From an uncultured Acidimicrobiales bacterium (GTDB lineage: Bacteria > Actinomycetota > Acidimicrobiia > Acidimicrobiales > SHLQ01), in assembly GCA_964445255.1 (NCBI GenBank), contig CAYUKM010000003.1:1-46231 (forward strand): DNA of 46,231 nucleotides, given 5' to 3'. The translations under genes and the position numbers were made by a program. The notes beneath the pieces were generated by a model. It saw only the letters and a program-made list of their open reading frames with translations, was not told where the DNA came from and made no database searches. Shown here in pieces: positions 27,875 through 36,232 of the stretch (positions are counted from its first letter, which is position 1; each line of letters opens with the position of its first letter).

Positions 27875-27979
27875 CTGCTGTGAACTCCTCAAACGTCCAG
27901 AATCTCATCAATCCTGTTGTCCCTTGTTTTTAGTCCGTCTCGCGCCTGTAGCGAAAGCAAACGCAGCGAAACTACAAAG

Positions 27980-28006
27980 CGTGACGTCTCCAACGGAGAC
28001 CTCACG
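27980..28006. terminator. Hairpin downstream of 28012-28770 (possible terminator)
   Basis: CGTGA-C-GTCTCC-AAC-GGAGAC-C-TCACG. Confidence 0.45.
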
Positions 28007-28011
28007 TTGAG

Positions 28012-28770
28012 TTAATCGCTGTCGGGATCATCGGCAGGTGCAGCGTGAAAGATCTCGATGGTCGACTGCAAGATGTCGTTGTTTGGAACGAACACGATGT
28101 CCTGGTGGCTCGTGATCTGGGTCGACGTTGAGCCGATCGCCTTTATCTCGCCGTGCAGATCGCCCAACGAAATCGAGTCGCCTACTTTGAGTTCTCGGCG
28201 GAGCGCTCGTCCCGCTGCGACCTGTTGGGCGACGTCGCGGCCACCGAGTCCGGCAAGCAGTGCGGCAGCAAGGGCCAGTCCGAAGAACACTGCGGCGACG
28301 ACCACCGAGATAATCGTGGTATCAATACCGAGCTGGTTCGCTGCGATCACAAGGACGAAGCCTTGAATGGTCCATTTGATTATCATCGGGACTCGGCGCC
28401 GCAACTCGGCAGATACATGGCCGAGGCTCCGTTCGACGCCAGTTTCGACGACTGCGCCGACGATGTTGCCAATGATGAGGACGATTGAGGCCGCGAGCAG
28501 CCGTGGAATGAAGCGGACGAAATCGTCGATCAGCCGGTCGAGATCGGGTCGGTTGATGATGCCGAGGGCAGCGATCAGCCCGACGATCAATATCAAAGAG
28601 AGGACGAGCGTGGCGATCGCTTCGGCGGAGGCGCGCACGACATCGCTGCCACTTCGGGCGGCGAGACGTCGAGCGATCGCAGCCGCGACGCTTCCAAGCA
28701 CGAAGCCCGCAATGATGACAGCGAGAGCTATTAACGCGTCAGTCGCGCTTGTTTGGGCGAATAAAAGCAT
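28012..28770 (-). CDS. MscS/CmpX-like mechanosensitive channel family protein
   Basis: TM-helix repeat FIPRLLAASIVLIIG, LGID, GLGGRDVA; Sm-like beta domain KVGDSI...GEI..IG...VPN. Confidence 0.8.
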   Translation of the reverse strand: MLLFAQTSATDALIALAVIIAGFVLGSVAAAIARRLAARSGSDVVRASAEAIATLVLSLILIVGLIAALGIINRPDLDRLIDDFVRFIPRLLAASIVLIIGNIVGAVVETGVERSLGHVSAELRRRVPMIIKWTIQGFVLVIAANQLGIDTTIISVVVAAVFFGLALAAALLAGLGGRDVAQQVAAGRALRRELKVGDSISLGDLHGEIKAIGSTSTQITSHQDIVFVPNNDILQSTIEIFHAAPADDPDSD

Positions 28771-28902
28771 CGCCTATACCTCCGTCAGGAAAGCCACTGT
28801 ACGGGGTGGTTAGCTAAATAGCGAAAACGAGAAGCCTCATTTGTGCGCGGTTAAACAGCACTTCGGTGCACCGCCCATCTGGCACGTAGCGCGCGAGCGG
28901 TG

Positions 28903-29265
28903 CTACTCGTCGTCGTCGGCAACGATCGTGGGCTCGTCCGGGTCCGTATTGGTGATGATGATCTCACCGGTTTCGCGTGGGACGCCGAGCATCGAGCCGA
29001 GCAATTCCATGTCTTCGCGGCGCTGGAGGCGTTCCGCGAGTCGTTCACTCACCCGTTCGTGGAGATCGTCGGGGGGTTGCAGCAACGTCAAGAGCGCAGG
29101 CCCGATGTCGGACGGTTCCGGATTGTCATTGGAAACCGAGAGGCTGATGAGGTCAAGCTTTGACGCGCAGATCTCACACGTTTCTAGGTGCTCATCGATT
29201 TTCGGGTCGGCTACTTCGCCATCGAGCCATCGGGCGAGTTGGTCAGGCTTTGGATGTCTAGCCAT
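28903..29265 (-). CDS. Zinc-binding (ZAS, zf-HC2) anti-sigma factor, soluble
   Basis: L..WLDGE......EHLETCEIC; TAATG overlap with the sigma stop. Confidence 0.8.
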   Translation of the reverse strand: MARHPKPDQLARWLDGEVADPKIDEHLETCEICASKLDLISLSVSNDNPEPSDIGPALLTLLQPPDDLHERVSERLAERLQRREDMELLGSMLGVPRETGEIIITNTDPDEPTIVADDDE

Positions 29266-30029
29266 TACGCCCTCCAATCCGAGAGAGCTGCGGCGAGTAC
29301 TCGTCGTGCTCGCAGCAGACGGGTCTTGACCGTTGGGAGAGGTACTTCCAGGAGATCGGCAATCTCGTCATAGGACAAGCCCTCTACCTCACGAAGAACA
29401 ACGATTGATCGAGAGAGCTCGTCGAGTTTGTCGAGCGCCTCTTCGAAGTCCGACATCGTAATTCGGTCGAGGACTTGGCTCTCGGTGGACGAGCGCGTGG
29501 GGGCTTCAGGGAGAAGGCTGGGATCTCGCAACTCCTCTCTTCGCTTTCGTAGCGAAGAGATGGCCGTGTTGTGCGTGATACGCAACAGCCATGACCGCAA
29601 AGAAGAATCGCCTCGGAAGCTTGGCAGGGCGTTCCACGCTTTCAAGATCGCATCTTGGGACACGTCTTCGGCCAAGGCGCTATCGCGTACGACCGAGTAC
29701 GCCACCCGGTAGACGGAGTCGAGGTGTTCGCGGACGAGGACCTCTAGTTGTTGCTCGGGTGTGAGTGTCGTATCCATAGCGTCATGCGGGGGATCGGACT
29801 TACCGTTCCCTCCCGAGACGGTAGCCGTATCGACGCCGTTGTTGGTAGCAGTTTGGGCTTCGGCGCTAGAAGCTTGGGTGTTCATGCCATCAGCCACGGT
29901 CAAGGTGAAGAGCGCCGCGGTCTCTTCACGAAGCGCTGCGGCCATAAACTGCCACGCCCGGTGGGCTACAGCCGTAACTGGGCCACCGATTTGTATATAC
30001 CTCGGATTGCTGGCAAGTATTGCGGACAT
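29265..30029 (-). CDS. ECF RNA polymerase sigma factor
   Basis: Region 2 AEDVSQDA.LKAW..LPSFRGDSSLRSWLLRI.HN; region 4 VLREVEGLSYDEIA..L..P..TVKTRL.RAR; start uncertain. Confidence 0.93.
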   Translation of the reverse strand: MSAILASNPRYIQIGGPVTAVAHRAWQFMAAALREETAALFTLTVADGMNTQASSAEAQTATNNGVDTATVSGGNGKSDPPHDAMDTTLTPEQQLEVLVREHLDSVYRVAYSVVRDSALAEDVSQDAILKAWNALPSFRGDSSLRSWLLRITHNTAISSLRKRREELRDPSLLPEAPTRSSTESQVLDRITMSDFEEALDKLDELSRSIVVLREVEGLSYDEIADLLEVPLPTVKTRLLRARRVLAAALSDWRA

Positions 30030-30037
30030 AGTGTTCA

Positions 30038-30063
30038 GACGTCCTGAGTTCCGGCAAAGTCGC
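30038..30063 (-). promoter_or_regulatory. Candidate ECF promoter GCGACT-N16-CGTC for the sigma gene
   Basis: AGTCGC at 30058-30063 and GACG at 30038-30041 on +; -10 ends 8 nt before ATG 30029. Confidence 0.65.
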
Positions 30064-30099
30064 GTATCAGAAGGACACGAATAAAAACCCGCAGATTAC

Positions 30100-30125
30100 G
30101 CGACTTTCGGAATTGTCCGGGCGTC
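30100..30125 (+). promoter_or_regulatory. Candidate ECF promoter GCGACT-N16-CGTC for the 30170 gene
   Basis: GCGACT at 30100-30105, CGTC at 30122-30125; mirror copy of the minus-strand element. Confidence 0.65.
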
Positions 30126-30169
30126 AGTGCTGCAGTCCCTGACAAAAAGTGAAAGGCACATAAACCAAA

Positions 30170-30832
30170 ATGCTCGTAGATTCAATAATCGACTCCTTTG
30201 GGAACCTAATCGGTTCCTTCATCGAGTTTGTCCCAGCCCTCGTGGGCGCCCTCTTGCTCCTCTTCGTAGGCAAGATAGTGTCCGGCTTCATCGCCGGACT
30301 CTTCAAGAAGTTGCTCGATGCGATCAAGTTCGATCGTGTAATCGACCGCAGTGGTCTTGGTACCTATGTTGAGCGAGCTGGTTACCCAGACTCATCAGCA
30401 CTGCTTGCCAAGATCGTTGGCTGGATCATCATGCTCGTCTTCGTTCAGCTCGCCGTCACCACGCTCGGCATCGACTCCATCGAGGAACTTGTCACCACGT
30501 TCATCTCCTGGATCCCTAACGTGATCATCGCGATCATCCTCCTCGTCATCACCGGCGCTGCAGCGAATATCGCTCGCGACGTTCTCTCCCCATCGGTCGC
30601 CAACGTCAACGCTGGCAGCCTTATCCTCCGTGTTGTAAACGCAATGATCTGGATCACCGGTGGCTTGCTTGCATTCAACCAGCTCGGTTTCGGCGAGGAG
30701 CTCGTACAGCAGCTCTGGACCGCTCTTACCTCTGGTCTCGTAGCGATCATCGTCATCAAGTTCGGTATCGGTGGCATCTGGGCCGCTCGTGACCGCTTCT
30801 GGCCAAAGGTCTACGACTCAGTCCAGGGTTAA
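30170..30832 (+). CDS. CmpX-like conserved TM-helix protein (MscS-associated family)
   Basis: Two repeats FVPALVGALLLLFVG and WIPNVIIAIILL; FGIGG; strongly biased codons; GAAAGG RBS. Confidence 0.8.
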   Translation: MLVDSIIDSFGNLIGSFIEFVPALVGALLLLFVGKIVSGFIAGLFKKLLDAIKFDRVIDRSGLGTYVERAGYPDSSALLAKIVGWIIMLVFVQLAVTTLGIDSIEELVTTFISWIPNVIIAIILLVITGAAANIARDVLSPSVANVNAGSLILRVVNAMIWITGGLLAFNQLGFGEELVQQLWTALTSGLVAIIVIKFGIGGIWAARDRFWPKVYDSVQG

Positions 30833-30892
30833 TCCCGACGCTGGCCTAGCCCAGCACCCAAAAGGTGGGTTTAGCTGCCTTGTCATACAACT

Positions 30893-30945
30893 CGGCCCCC
30901 GCTGCATCCTTGCAGCGGGGGCCGCGGTTTGTTTTGGGTCGGGTT
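30893..30945 (+). terminator. Intrinsic terminator
   Basis: CGGCCCCCGCTGCA-TCCT-TGCAGCGGGGGCCG 14-bp stem followed by a T-rich tract. Confidence 0.85.
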
Positions 30946-31003
30946 TGTTTTGGGTCGACTGTTCGTTCCGAGTTGAACGAGATGCGAAGTCTGGGAAGCG
31001 CAG

Positions 31004-31732
31004 TTACAGCTCGTCGATGCGGTGGAACGACTCAGCCACGTTGAAGTCGGTTCCGGTGGCCATCGCCGCCATCTGTTCCATCTCGCGGGTGTGAAAGGCC
31101 GCGGTTTCGCTATCGGGGTCGTCCGTGATCACCATCGTGGTCTCGAATTGACTCTCGTGGGCGAGTAGCGCATTGATTTTCGCGTCGGTATAACCCTCCA
31201 CGTCTTCGACGTGGTTGGGTTCCTCGCTCTCGAAGAGCAACAACGTGTCTGGCCGGTGGCGGGGCAGATCCAACTCCGGGAAGAAGAACGGATCTCGGGC
31301 CGCCACGATTCCTTCGACGGCGAGAAAGCCAGCGTTGCGATGGTCTGGGTGTAGTCGCCACCGCTTCCAGGGGTCGTGTCCGAACACGACGTCGGGCTGG
31401 GTAATGCGGATGACACGGGCGACCTCGCGTCGCCACTGCAGCTCCGCGGTGAGCTCACCGTCGACAGCCCCAAGAAAGAAAACCTCGCCTGTGGCGCCAA
31501 GGCGCTTGGCAGCCTCGCGCTGTTCGTCCTTTCGGATATCGACCAAGGCAACGGTGTCGGCGTTCTCGTCCCAAGTTCCTTTCGAGCCGTCGGTGCATAT
31601 GAGGTGGTTCACCACCGCTCCAGCAGCAGCCCACTTGGCCAACGTCGCGCCGCATTCGAACTCGATGTCGTCGGGATGTGCTGCGATCGCAAGCACTCGG
31701 TCGGGGGTCTGAAGGTTCGTTGTTGGGTTCAT
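31004..31732 (-). CDS. PIG-L/LmbE family deacetylase
   Basis: AHPDDIE, T.GSKG, R..EQ.EAA..LG, DG.L, HPDHR. Confidence 0.92.
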   Translation of the reverse strand: MNPTTNLQTPDRVLAIAAHPDDIEFECGATLAKWAAAGAVVNHLICTDGSKGTWDENADTVALVDIRKDEQREAAKRLGATGEVFFLGAVDGELTAELQWRREVARVIRITQPDVVFGHDPWKRWRLHPDHRNAGFLAVEGIVAARDPFFFPELDLPRHRPDTLLLFESEEPNHVEDVEGYTDAKINALLAHESQFETTMVITDDPDSETAAFHTREMEQMAAMATGTDFNVAESFHRIDEL

Positions 31733-32358
31733 TGCTTGTCTTGGTTGAGTAGTTGGGCGAGTGGTGGGAGGTCGTTCAGGTCATCGGGATGATCGAGATC
31801 GCACGCCAGATCTGGTGACGACACGATACGCGCTTCGATGCCGAGGCTGCGAGCGATGTCGCAGTGGTTCTCGAACGAGCCGGGTCCGTAGGCGAAGTCG
31901 AAGTCGAGCCCGGCAGGTACGCAGAGCACGTTCGTTCCGTCACCGTGGCGGTCGGGTGCGATCGAGATGGCGTCGTTGCTGAGCATGGTGCGAAGGTCGT
32001 TGGCACACGGTAGGTCACCGTGGGCAACGATCACGCGTGCCGTGCCAAGAGATGCGAGTAGGTCACGGCCTGCGGACACGGCCTGGTTCAGCCCAGGGGT
32101 TAGGGGACGCAACGCCATCGCCCCTCTGTCGGTAGCCCAACGAGCCACCTCGGGGTCATCGTGCACGATGAGTACCGGCAACTCGAATGCTGCTGCAAGT
32201 ACCCGTTCGGCCATGGCCGATATCAGGGCGATCCGCTCGTCATCGTCGAGTACCGACCGCAACCGTTGCTTGCCCCGATGAAGAGACCGCAGTGGAACCA
32301 ACACCACATCAGCACCCTCGAGTGGGCCTGGCGGTACGTCCAGGTGAGGAAGCGCCAT
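31729..32358 (-). CDS. cofC: Phosphoenolpyruvate/2-phospho-L-lactate guanylyltransferase (F420 biosynthesis)
   Basis: VP.RS...GKQRL..VL, GLNQA, HGDLP, APDRHGDGTN, YGPGSF..H, DLDHPDDL. Confidence 0.9.
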   Translation of the reverse strand: MALPHLDVPPGPLEGADVVLVPLRSLHRGKQRLRSVLDDDERIALISAMAERVLAAAFELPVLIVHDDPEVARWATDRGAMALRPLTPGLNQAVSAGRDLLASLGTARVIVAHGDLPCANDLRTMLSNDAISIAPDRHGDGTNVLCVPAGLDFDFAYGPGSFENHCDIARSLGIEARIVSSPDLACDLDHPDDLNDLPPLAQLLNQDKQ

Positions 32359-32364
32359 GACAGG

Positions 32365-32374
32365 AGTCTAGGGT
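32365..32374. promoter_or_regulatory. Overlapping bidirectional -10 boxes (TAGGGT on +, TAGACT on -)
   Basis: 7 nt to ATG 32382 and 6 nt to ATG 32358 in a 23-bp gap. Confidence 0.7.
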
Positions 32375-32381
32375 TCGTCCT

Positions 32382-34133
32382 ATGAGGTCTCTTCGCGATC
32401 GCCTGCGTGGTGCCCAGCCTGTAGACGATGCGCCCGATATCGCCGATGACGCGGTGACGGCATGGAACAGCTTGTACACCCTTGGAATCGGCGCGGTCGG
32501 CGCGGTGGACAATCGAGGTGTTGTGTACCCCGACCGACGGCCGTTGTCCGTGGAGGTGTGGTTCGGCGTTGGCGAGCGCTGGCTTCGGGGAGGGAGCCGA
32601 GACGGAGTCCGGCAGCGTCGTGTGGATGGTCTGCCAATCGTTGAGACCCGCCAACGGGTAGGGGAATCCGATCTCGTCCAGACCGCGTGGGCTGACGAAT
32701 CCGGCGACGGACAAGGTCGCATGAACATCCAGCTGGCAAACGAAACAGACGACGCCGTGATCGCCGCCGTTGTCGTACGCCCTTTCACCCGGCTAGCAGC
32801 AGGCTCGATCTCGTCGATTCGATGCGCGGGAACATTCATCGTGGCTGACGGGCGGCCGATCGTCGATCTTGGGCGAGAGCCTGGCGACTGTGCGACGGCT
32901 CTCGACGTAGAACGAAACGCCCCTGCTGTCCTGGAGTCTGTCTCGCTACCAACCGGCGAGCGGGCAAATTCCCAGGAGTTGGCCGATGCTGATGGTCGGG
33001 CAACGCTCGCGGCGATGATCCCGCTAACACCTGGGGTTGAGCGCACGATTCAGGTGCTCGATGGCCGCGAGAAAGCAACGATCGCGCCTGCTCCGTTCGA
33101 CTCGGTCGTGCGCGGCTGGGCCCATCACCTCAGCTCCGCTGGTGAGATCGATCTCCCGACCTGGCCGAACCACATCTTCGCGTCGCTGGCATCAAGCCTG
33201 CTCGGCGCGGTCGGTCAGCGTCAGCGCCCCCTCGGCGACCACGAGTGGAGCTCCGCCGATGACGCATTGTTGGTGTCGGCCCTCGGAGCTATCGGCCTAG
33301 GCGAGGCTGGTACGGACATCGCTGCGACTCTGCTCGCTGGCGTTGCCTCTGGGAACCTGGAACGTGCTCGATGGCCCGATGTGGCCGCAGCGATCGCCGC
33401 GGTCGTCGATGCCAACGGCTCCGAGGCTGTCCTCGTCCGAGAACGTGAGGCAGTGGCTACGGTCGCTGGCTACGTCCTATCTACCAGTGAGCACAATGCC
33501 ATTGCCCCTTCGATGGTTGAGGCGGTGGCGATCTCCAATGGCCACGACGCATCGGTTGATGCTTCACAGATCGTGGGCAGACATGGCGACGGCGGCACGG
33601 CCCGAGCCTTGTTGCGTCATGGTTGGTCGCCACCCCCGGGCCAACTCATCGATCTTCGCGCCAATGAATTCACCGACCCTGAGCGAGTAGCTCTCGCCAT
33701 GGTCGCCTCCGCGTACAGCGGTGCACCGTCAGAACCACTGGTCTCACTCCGTTCGGCCGCCGGCTCGTCATGGCGATGGTCGAGAGGATTATGCGGCGAT
33801 AGCCCCCACGTTCGTGCCCAGCTCGCAATTGGACTCGTGTCGTGGTGTCGGCGCCTCGTGATCGACGGAGCGGATCGGAGTGTCGATCTGCTACCGGGGG
33901 TGCGTCGCTCGTGGTACGGCCAACCGGTGAGCTTCTCGAGGCTGCCAGTCGCAGGGAGTCGGCTGTCGTGCGCGCTTCGCTGGCATGGCGCCCGACCTGC
34001 GCTGCTGTGGGAGTTCGACGCAGCGATACCCGAAGGCCACCGCGTGACATGCACCGCGCTCGATCCGACGTTTGAGTCGTTTGAGCCGTCGGGTGAAGTC
34101 CTCCTCGGCGTCCCACCGGATGTACAGACGTGA
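32382..34133 (+). CDS. Hypothetical protein (possible degenerate six-hairpin glycosidase-like architecture)
   Basis: 583-aa ORF; beta-rich N-terminus, helical core, C-terminal LLPG...W.GQ...RWHGARPALLWE; GTGA overlap with rnhB. Confidence 0.65.
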   Translation: MRSLRDRLRGAQPVDDAPDIADDAVTAWNSLYTLGIGAVGAVDNRGVVYPDRRPLSVEVWFGVGERWLRGGSRDGVRQRRVDGLPIVETRQRVGESDLVQTAWADESGDGQGRMNIQLANETDDAVIAAVVVRPFTRLAAGSISSIRCAGTFIVADGRPIVDLGREPGDCATALDVERNAPAVLESVSLPTGERANSQELADADGRATLAAMIPLTPGVERTIQVLDGREKATIAPAPFDSVVRGWAHHLSSAGEIDLPTWPNHIFASLASSLLGAVGQRQRPLGDHEWSSADDALLVSALGAIGLGEAGTDIAATLLAGVASGNLERARWPDVAAAIAAVVDANGSEAVLVREREAVATVAGYVLSTSEHNAIAPSMVEAVAISNGHDASVDASQIVGRHGDGGTARALLRHGWSPPPGQLIDLRANEFTDPERVALAMVASAYSGAPSEPLVSLRSAAGSSWRWSRGLCGDSPHVRAQLAIGLVSWCRRLVIDGADRSVDLLPGVRRSWYGQPVSFSRLPVAGSRLSCALRWHGARPALLWEFDAAIPEGHRVTCTALDPTFESFEPSGEVLLGVPPDVQT

Positions 34134-34828
34134 CCACGGTTCGTCAACTTCGTGGGGCGTTGAAGAAGTCGTCCCCGGGCCTCCGGGTCGAGTCGGCGCT
34201 ATGGGATGGCGGACACACGATCGTGGCCGGTGTCGACGAGGTTGGCAAGGGCGCGTGGGCTGGTCCGCTCTCGGTCGGAGCGGTCGTGGTGCCCAAGGAC
34301 CGCCGCATTTACAAGGTGCGTGACTCGAAGCTGCTAACAGAACCCGAGCGTGAAGCGATGTTCGAGCGCATCGCGAACTGGTGTGACTCCTGGGCGGTCG
34401 GTCATGCAACCGCTAACGAATGCGATGAACTCGGCATGTCCGACGCGCAACGGTTGGCCACGCGCCGGGCGCTCGAGGCGCTAGGCGTCACCGCCGACCG
34501 GGTGCTGCTCGACGGCAAATGGGATTTCCTCGGCGATGGGCGAGCCCAAACGATCGTGAAGGGTGAGCGCGTCAGCCTTTCGATCGCTGCGGCCAGTATT
34601 CTTGCCAAGGTGACCCGCGACCGAATCATGCGTGGACTCGATGCTGAGTTTCCGGCCTACGCTCTCGCCGACAACAAGGGCTACCCATGTCACCGGCACC
34701 GCTCCGCACTGCAGATGGTCGGCCCGAGCACGATCCATCGGCGCAGTTGGGCATTCATGGATTCCCTGAAGTGGCGAGGGATACAACGGGTGACGCCCGA
34801 TGACGGACAAGGACAACTCTTTCTATGA
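34130..34828 (+). CDS. rnhB: Ribonuclease HII
   Basis: AGVDEVGKGAWAGP, DSK.L, LLDG, SIAAASILAKVTRDR, NKGY, HRRS. Confidence 0.95.
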   Translation: MTTVRQLRGALKKSSPGLRVESALWDGGHTIVAGVDEVGKGAWAGPLSVGAVVVPKDRRIYKVRDSKLLTEPEREAMFERIANWCDSWAVGHATANECDELGMSDAQRLATRRALEALGVTADRVLLDGKWDFLGDGRAQTIVKGERVSLSIAAASILAKVTRDRIMRGLDAEFPAYALADNKGYPCHRHRSALQMVGPSTIHRRSWAFMDSLKWRGIQRVTPDDGQGQLFL

Positions 34829-35235
34829 GTTCGGTCGCCACTGAACCGCCGCTGCGATCATGGCGAGCCCTGCTCGCTCTCTGGACGGTCGGCATTTGGG
34901 GTAGTCGACTTCGCAACGCCGTGGTCGATGATGATCTCGTAGGTGGCGAGCGCCTGAGCGCAATCGGTATTGCAGCTCTCTTCGTCGCTCTCGGGGTAAT
35001 CGTCGGCGTGGGTGTCCTCCGTCGTCGCTGGGACTGGGCACCGTTGTTGATTTTGGCCATTGCCGGTATTGCTCGGTGGAGTATCCGTGGTCCGATCATC
35101 TTAGTGAGTGACGAATGGACCGTCGGGTTCAAGGTCGTCCATACCGTGCTGTGGCTCGTGACTGCAGCCCTCAGCGTCTTGGCATTGCGCGAGCATCCTC
35201 GACTCCGAAACGTCGATGTCATCGCTCCCGCGTAA
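34825..35235 (+). CDS. Hypothetical 4-TM membrane protein
   Basis: W..R.RN and FKVVH..L pattern; ATGA overlap with rnhB. Confidence 0.7.
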   Translation: MSSVATEPPLRSWRALLALWTVGIWGSRLRNAVVDDDLVGGERLSAIGIAALFVALGVIVGVGVLRRRWDWAPLLILAIAGIARWSIRGPIILVSDEWTVGFKVVHTVLWLVTAALSVLALREHPRLRNVDVIAPA

Positions 35236-35251
35236 CCGGTAGAATCTTCTC

Positions 35252-35584
35252 ATGGGTCAGCTGGTATCGGTTATTGAGAAGCCTTCGAATCGGGCGGGCA
35301 TTGTGCGCTACGTACTCAACCGTGCGCTTACAGGCATGGGTCACGAGCGGTTCGTCGCTCGCCAGGAGATCCATGGAGATCGCCCAGCCGATGAACTCGC
35401 TCGTCGCCTCCTGGCAACGGGTCAGGTCATCTCGGTAGCAATCAACTCCAACGTGGTAACCGTCGACCTCGAAGGCAACGACTCGTCGGGTCTCAAAGAG
35501 ATCATTATCGACCTCTACACCTACTACGTCCCTGGCGTGGAGATTCCCTCCGACGAAGAGTTGATGGCCCAAGTCGAGGGCTAG
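35252..35584 (+). CDS. Small hypothetical protein, NifU/Nfu N-terminal-like
   Basis: Leaderless TAGAAT 6 nt before ATG; LARRLL..GQV.SV.I.SNVVTV resembles Nfu_N. Confidence 0.6.
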   Translation: MGQLVSVIEKPSNRAGIVRYVLNRALTGMGHERFVARQEIHGDRPADELARRLLATGQVISVAINSNVVTVDLEGNDSSGLKEIIIDLYTYYVPGVEIPSDEELMAQVEG

Positions 35585-35589
35585 ACCCG

Positions 35590-36201
35590 CTACGAGATTT
35601 CATCCATCCGATGCTGGGTGATCCAGGTGTGCATGGCGATTCCCGACGCGACGCCTGCGTTAATCGAGCGTGTGGAGCCGAACTGGCTGATTGAGCACAC
35701 GAGCTCGACGACTTCGCGAACCGCTTCGGATAGACCTGGGCCTTCTTGGCCAAAGACCATCACGCACGCCTCCGGCAGCGTCGTGCGCTCGATGGGAACC
35801 GAGCCCGGCAGGTTGTCGATACCGATCACTGGCAGTTGCTCGTCGGCGGCCCAGGCCACGAAGGCCTCAACGGACTCATGATGATGGACGTGGTGGTAGC
35901 GGTCGGTGACCATGGCGCCACGCCGGTTCCAGCGGCGTTTGCCAACGATGTGTACGCCCGCGGTGTTGAACGCATTGGCATTACGCACCACCGTTCCGAT
36001 GTTGAAGTCGTGCTCCCAATTCTCAATCGCGATGTGCAGCGGGCTACGGGATTGGTCGAGATCGGCAACGATCGCCTCGCGAGTCCAATAGCGATACTTG
36101 TCGACGACGTTCCGCCGATCCCCCTCGGCGAGCAACTCCGGATCGAAGTACGGCTCAGATGGCCACGGTTCGGGATGTGGCCCGACGCCGATTTCGTGCA
36201 T
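35590..36201 (-). CDS. TrmH/SpoU-family RNA methyltransferase
   Basis: HDFNIGTVVRNANAF, FGQEGPGLS, QFGSTRSINAGVASGIAM; leaderless TACAGT 7 nt before ATG 36201. Confidence 0.92.
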   Translation of the reverse strand: MHEIGVGPHPEPWPSEPYFDPELLAEGDRRNVVDKYRYWTREAIVADLDQSRSPLHIAIENWEHDFNIGTVVRNANAFNTAGVHIVGKRRWNRRGAMVTDRYHHVHHHESVEAFVAWAADEQLPVIGIDNLPGSVPIERTTLPEACVMVFGQEGPGLSEAVREVVELVCSISQFGSTRSINAGVASGIAMHTWITQHRMDEIS

Positions 36202-36232
36202 GGGCACCACTGTAGGAGCGGCTAGGTGTACC

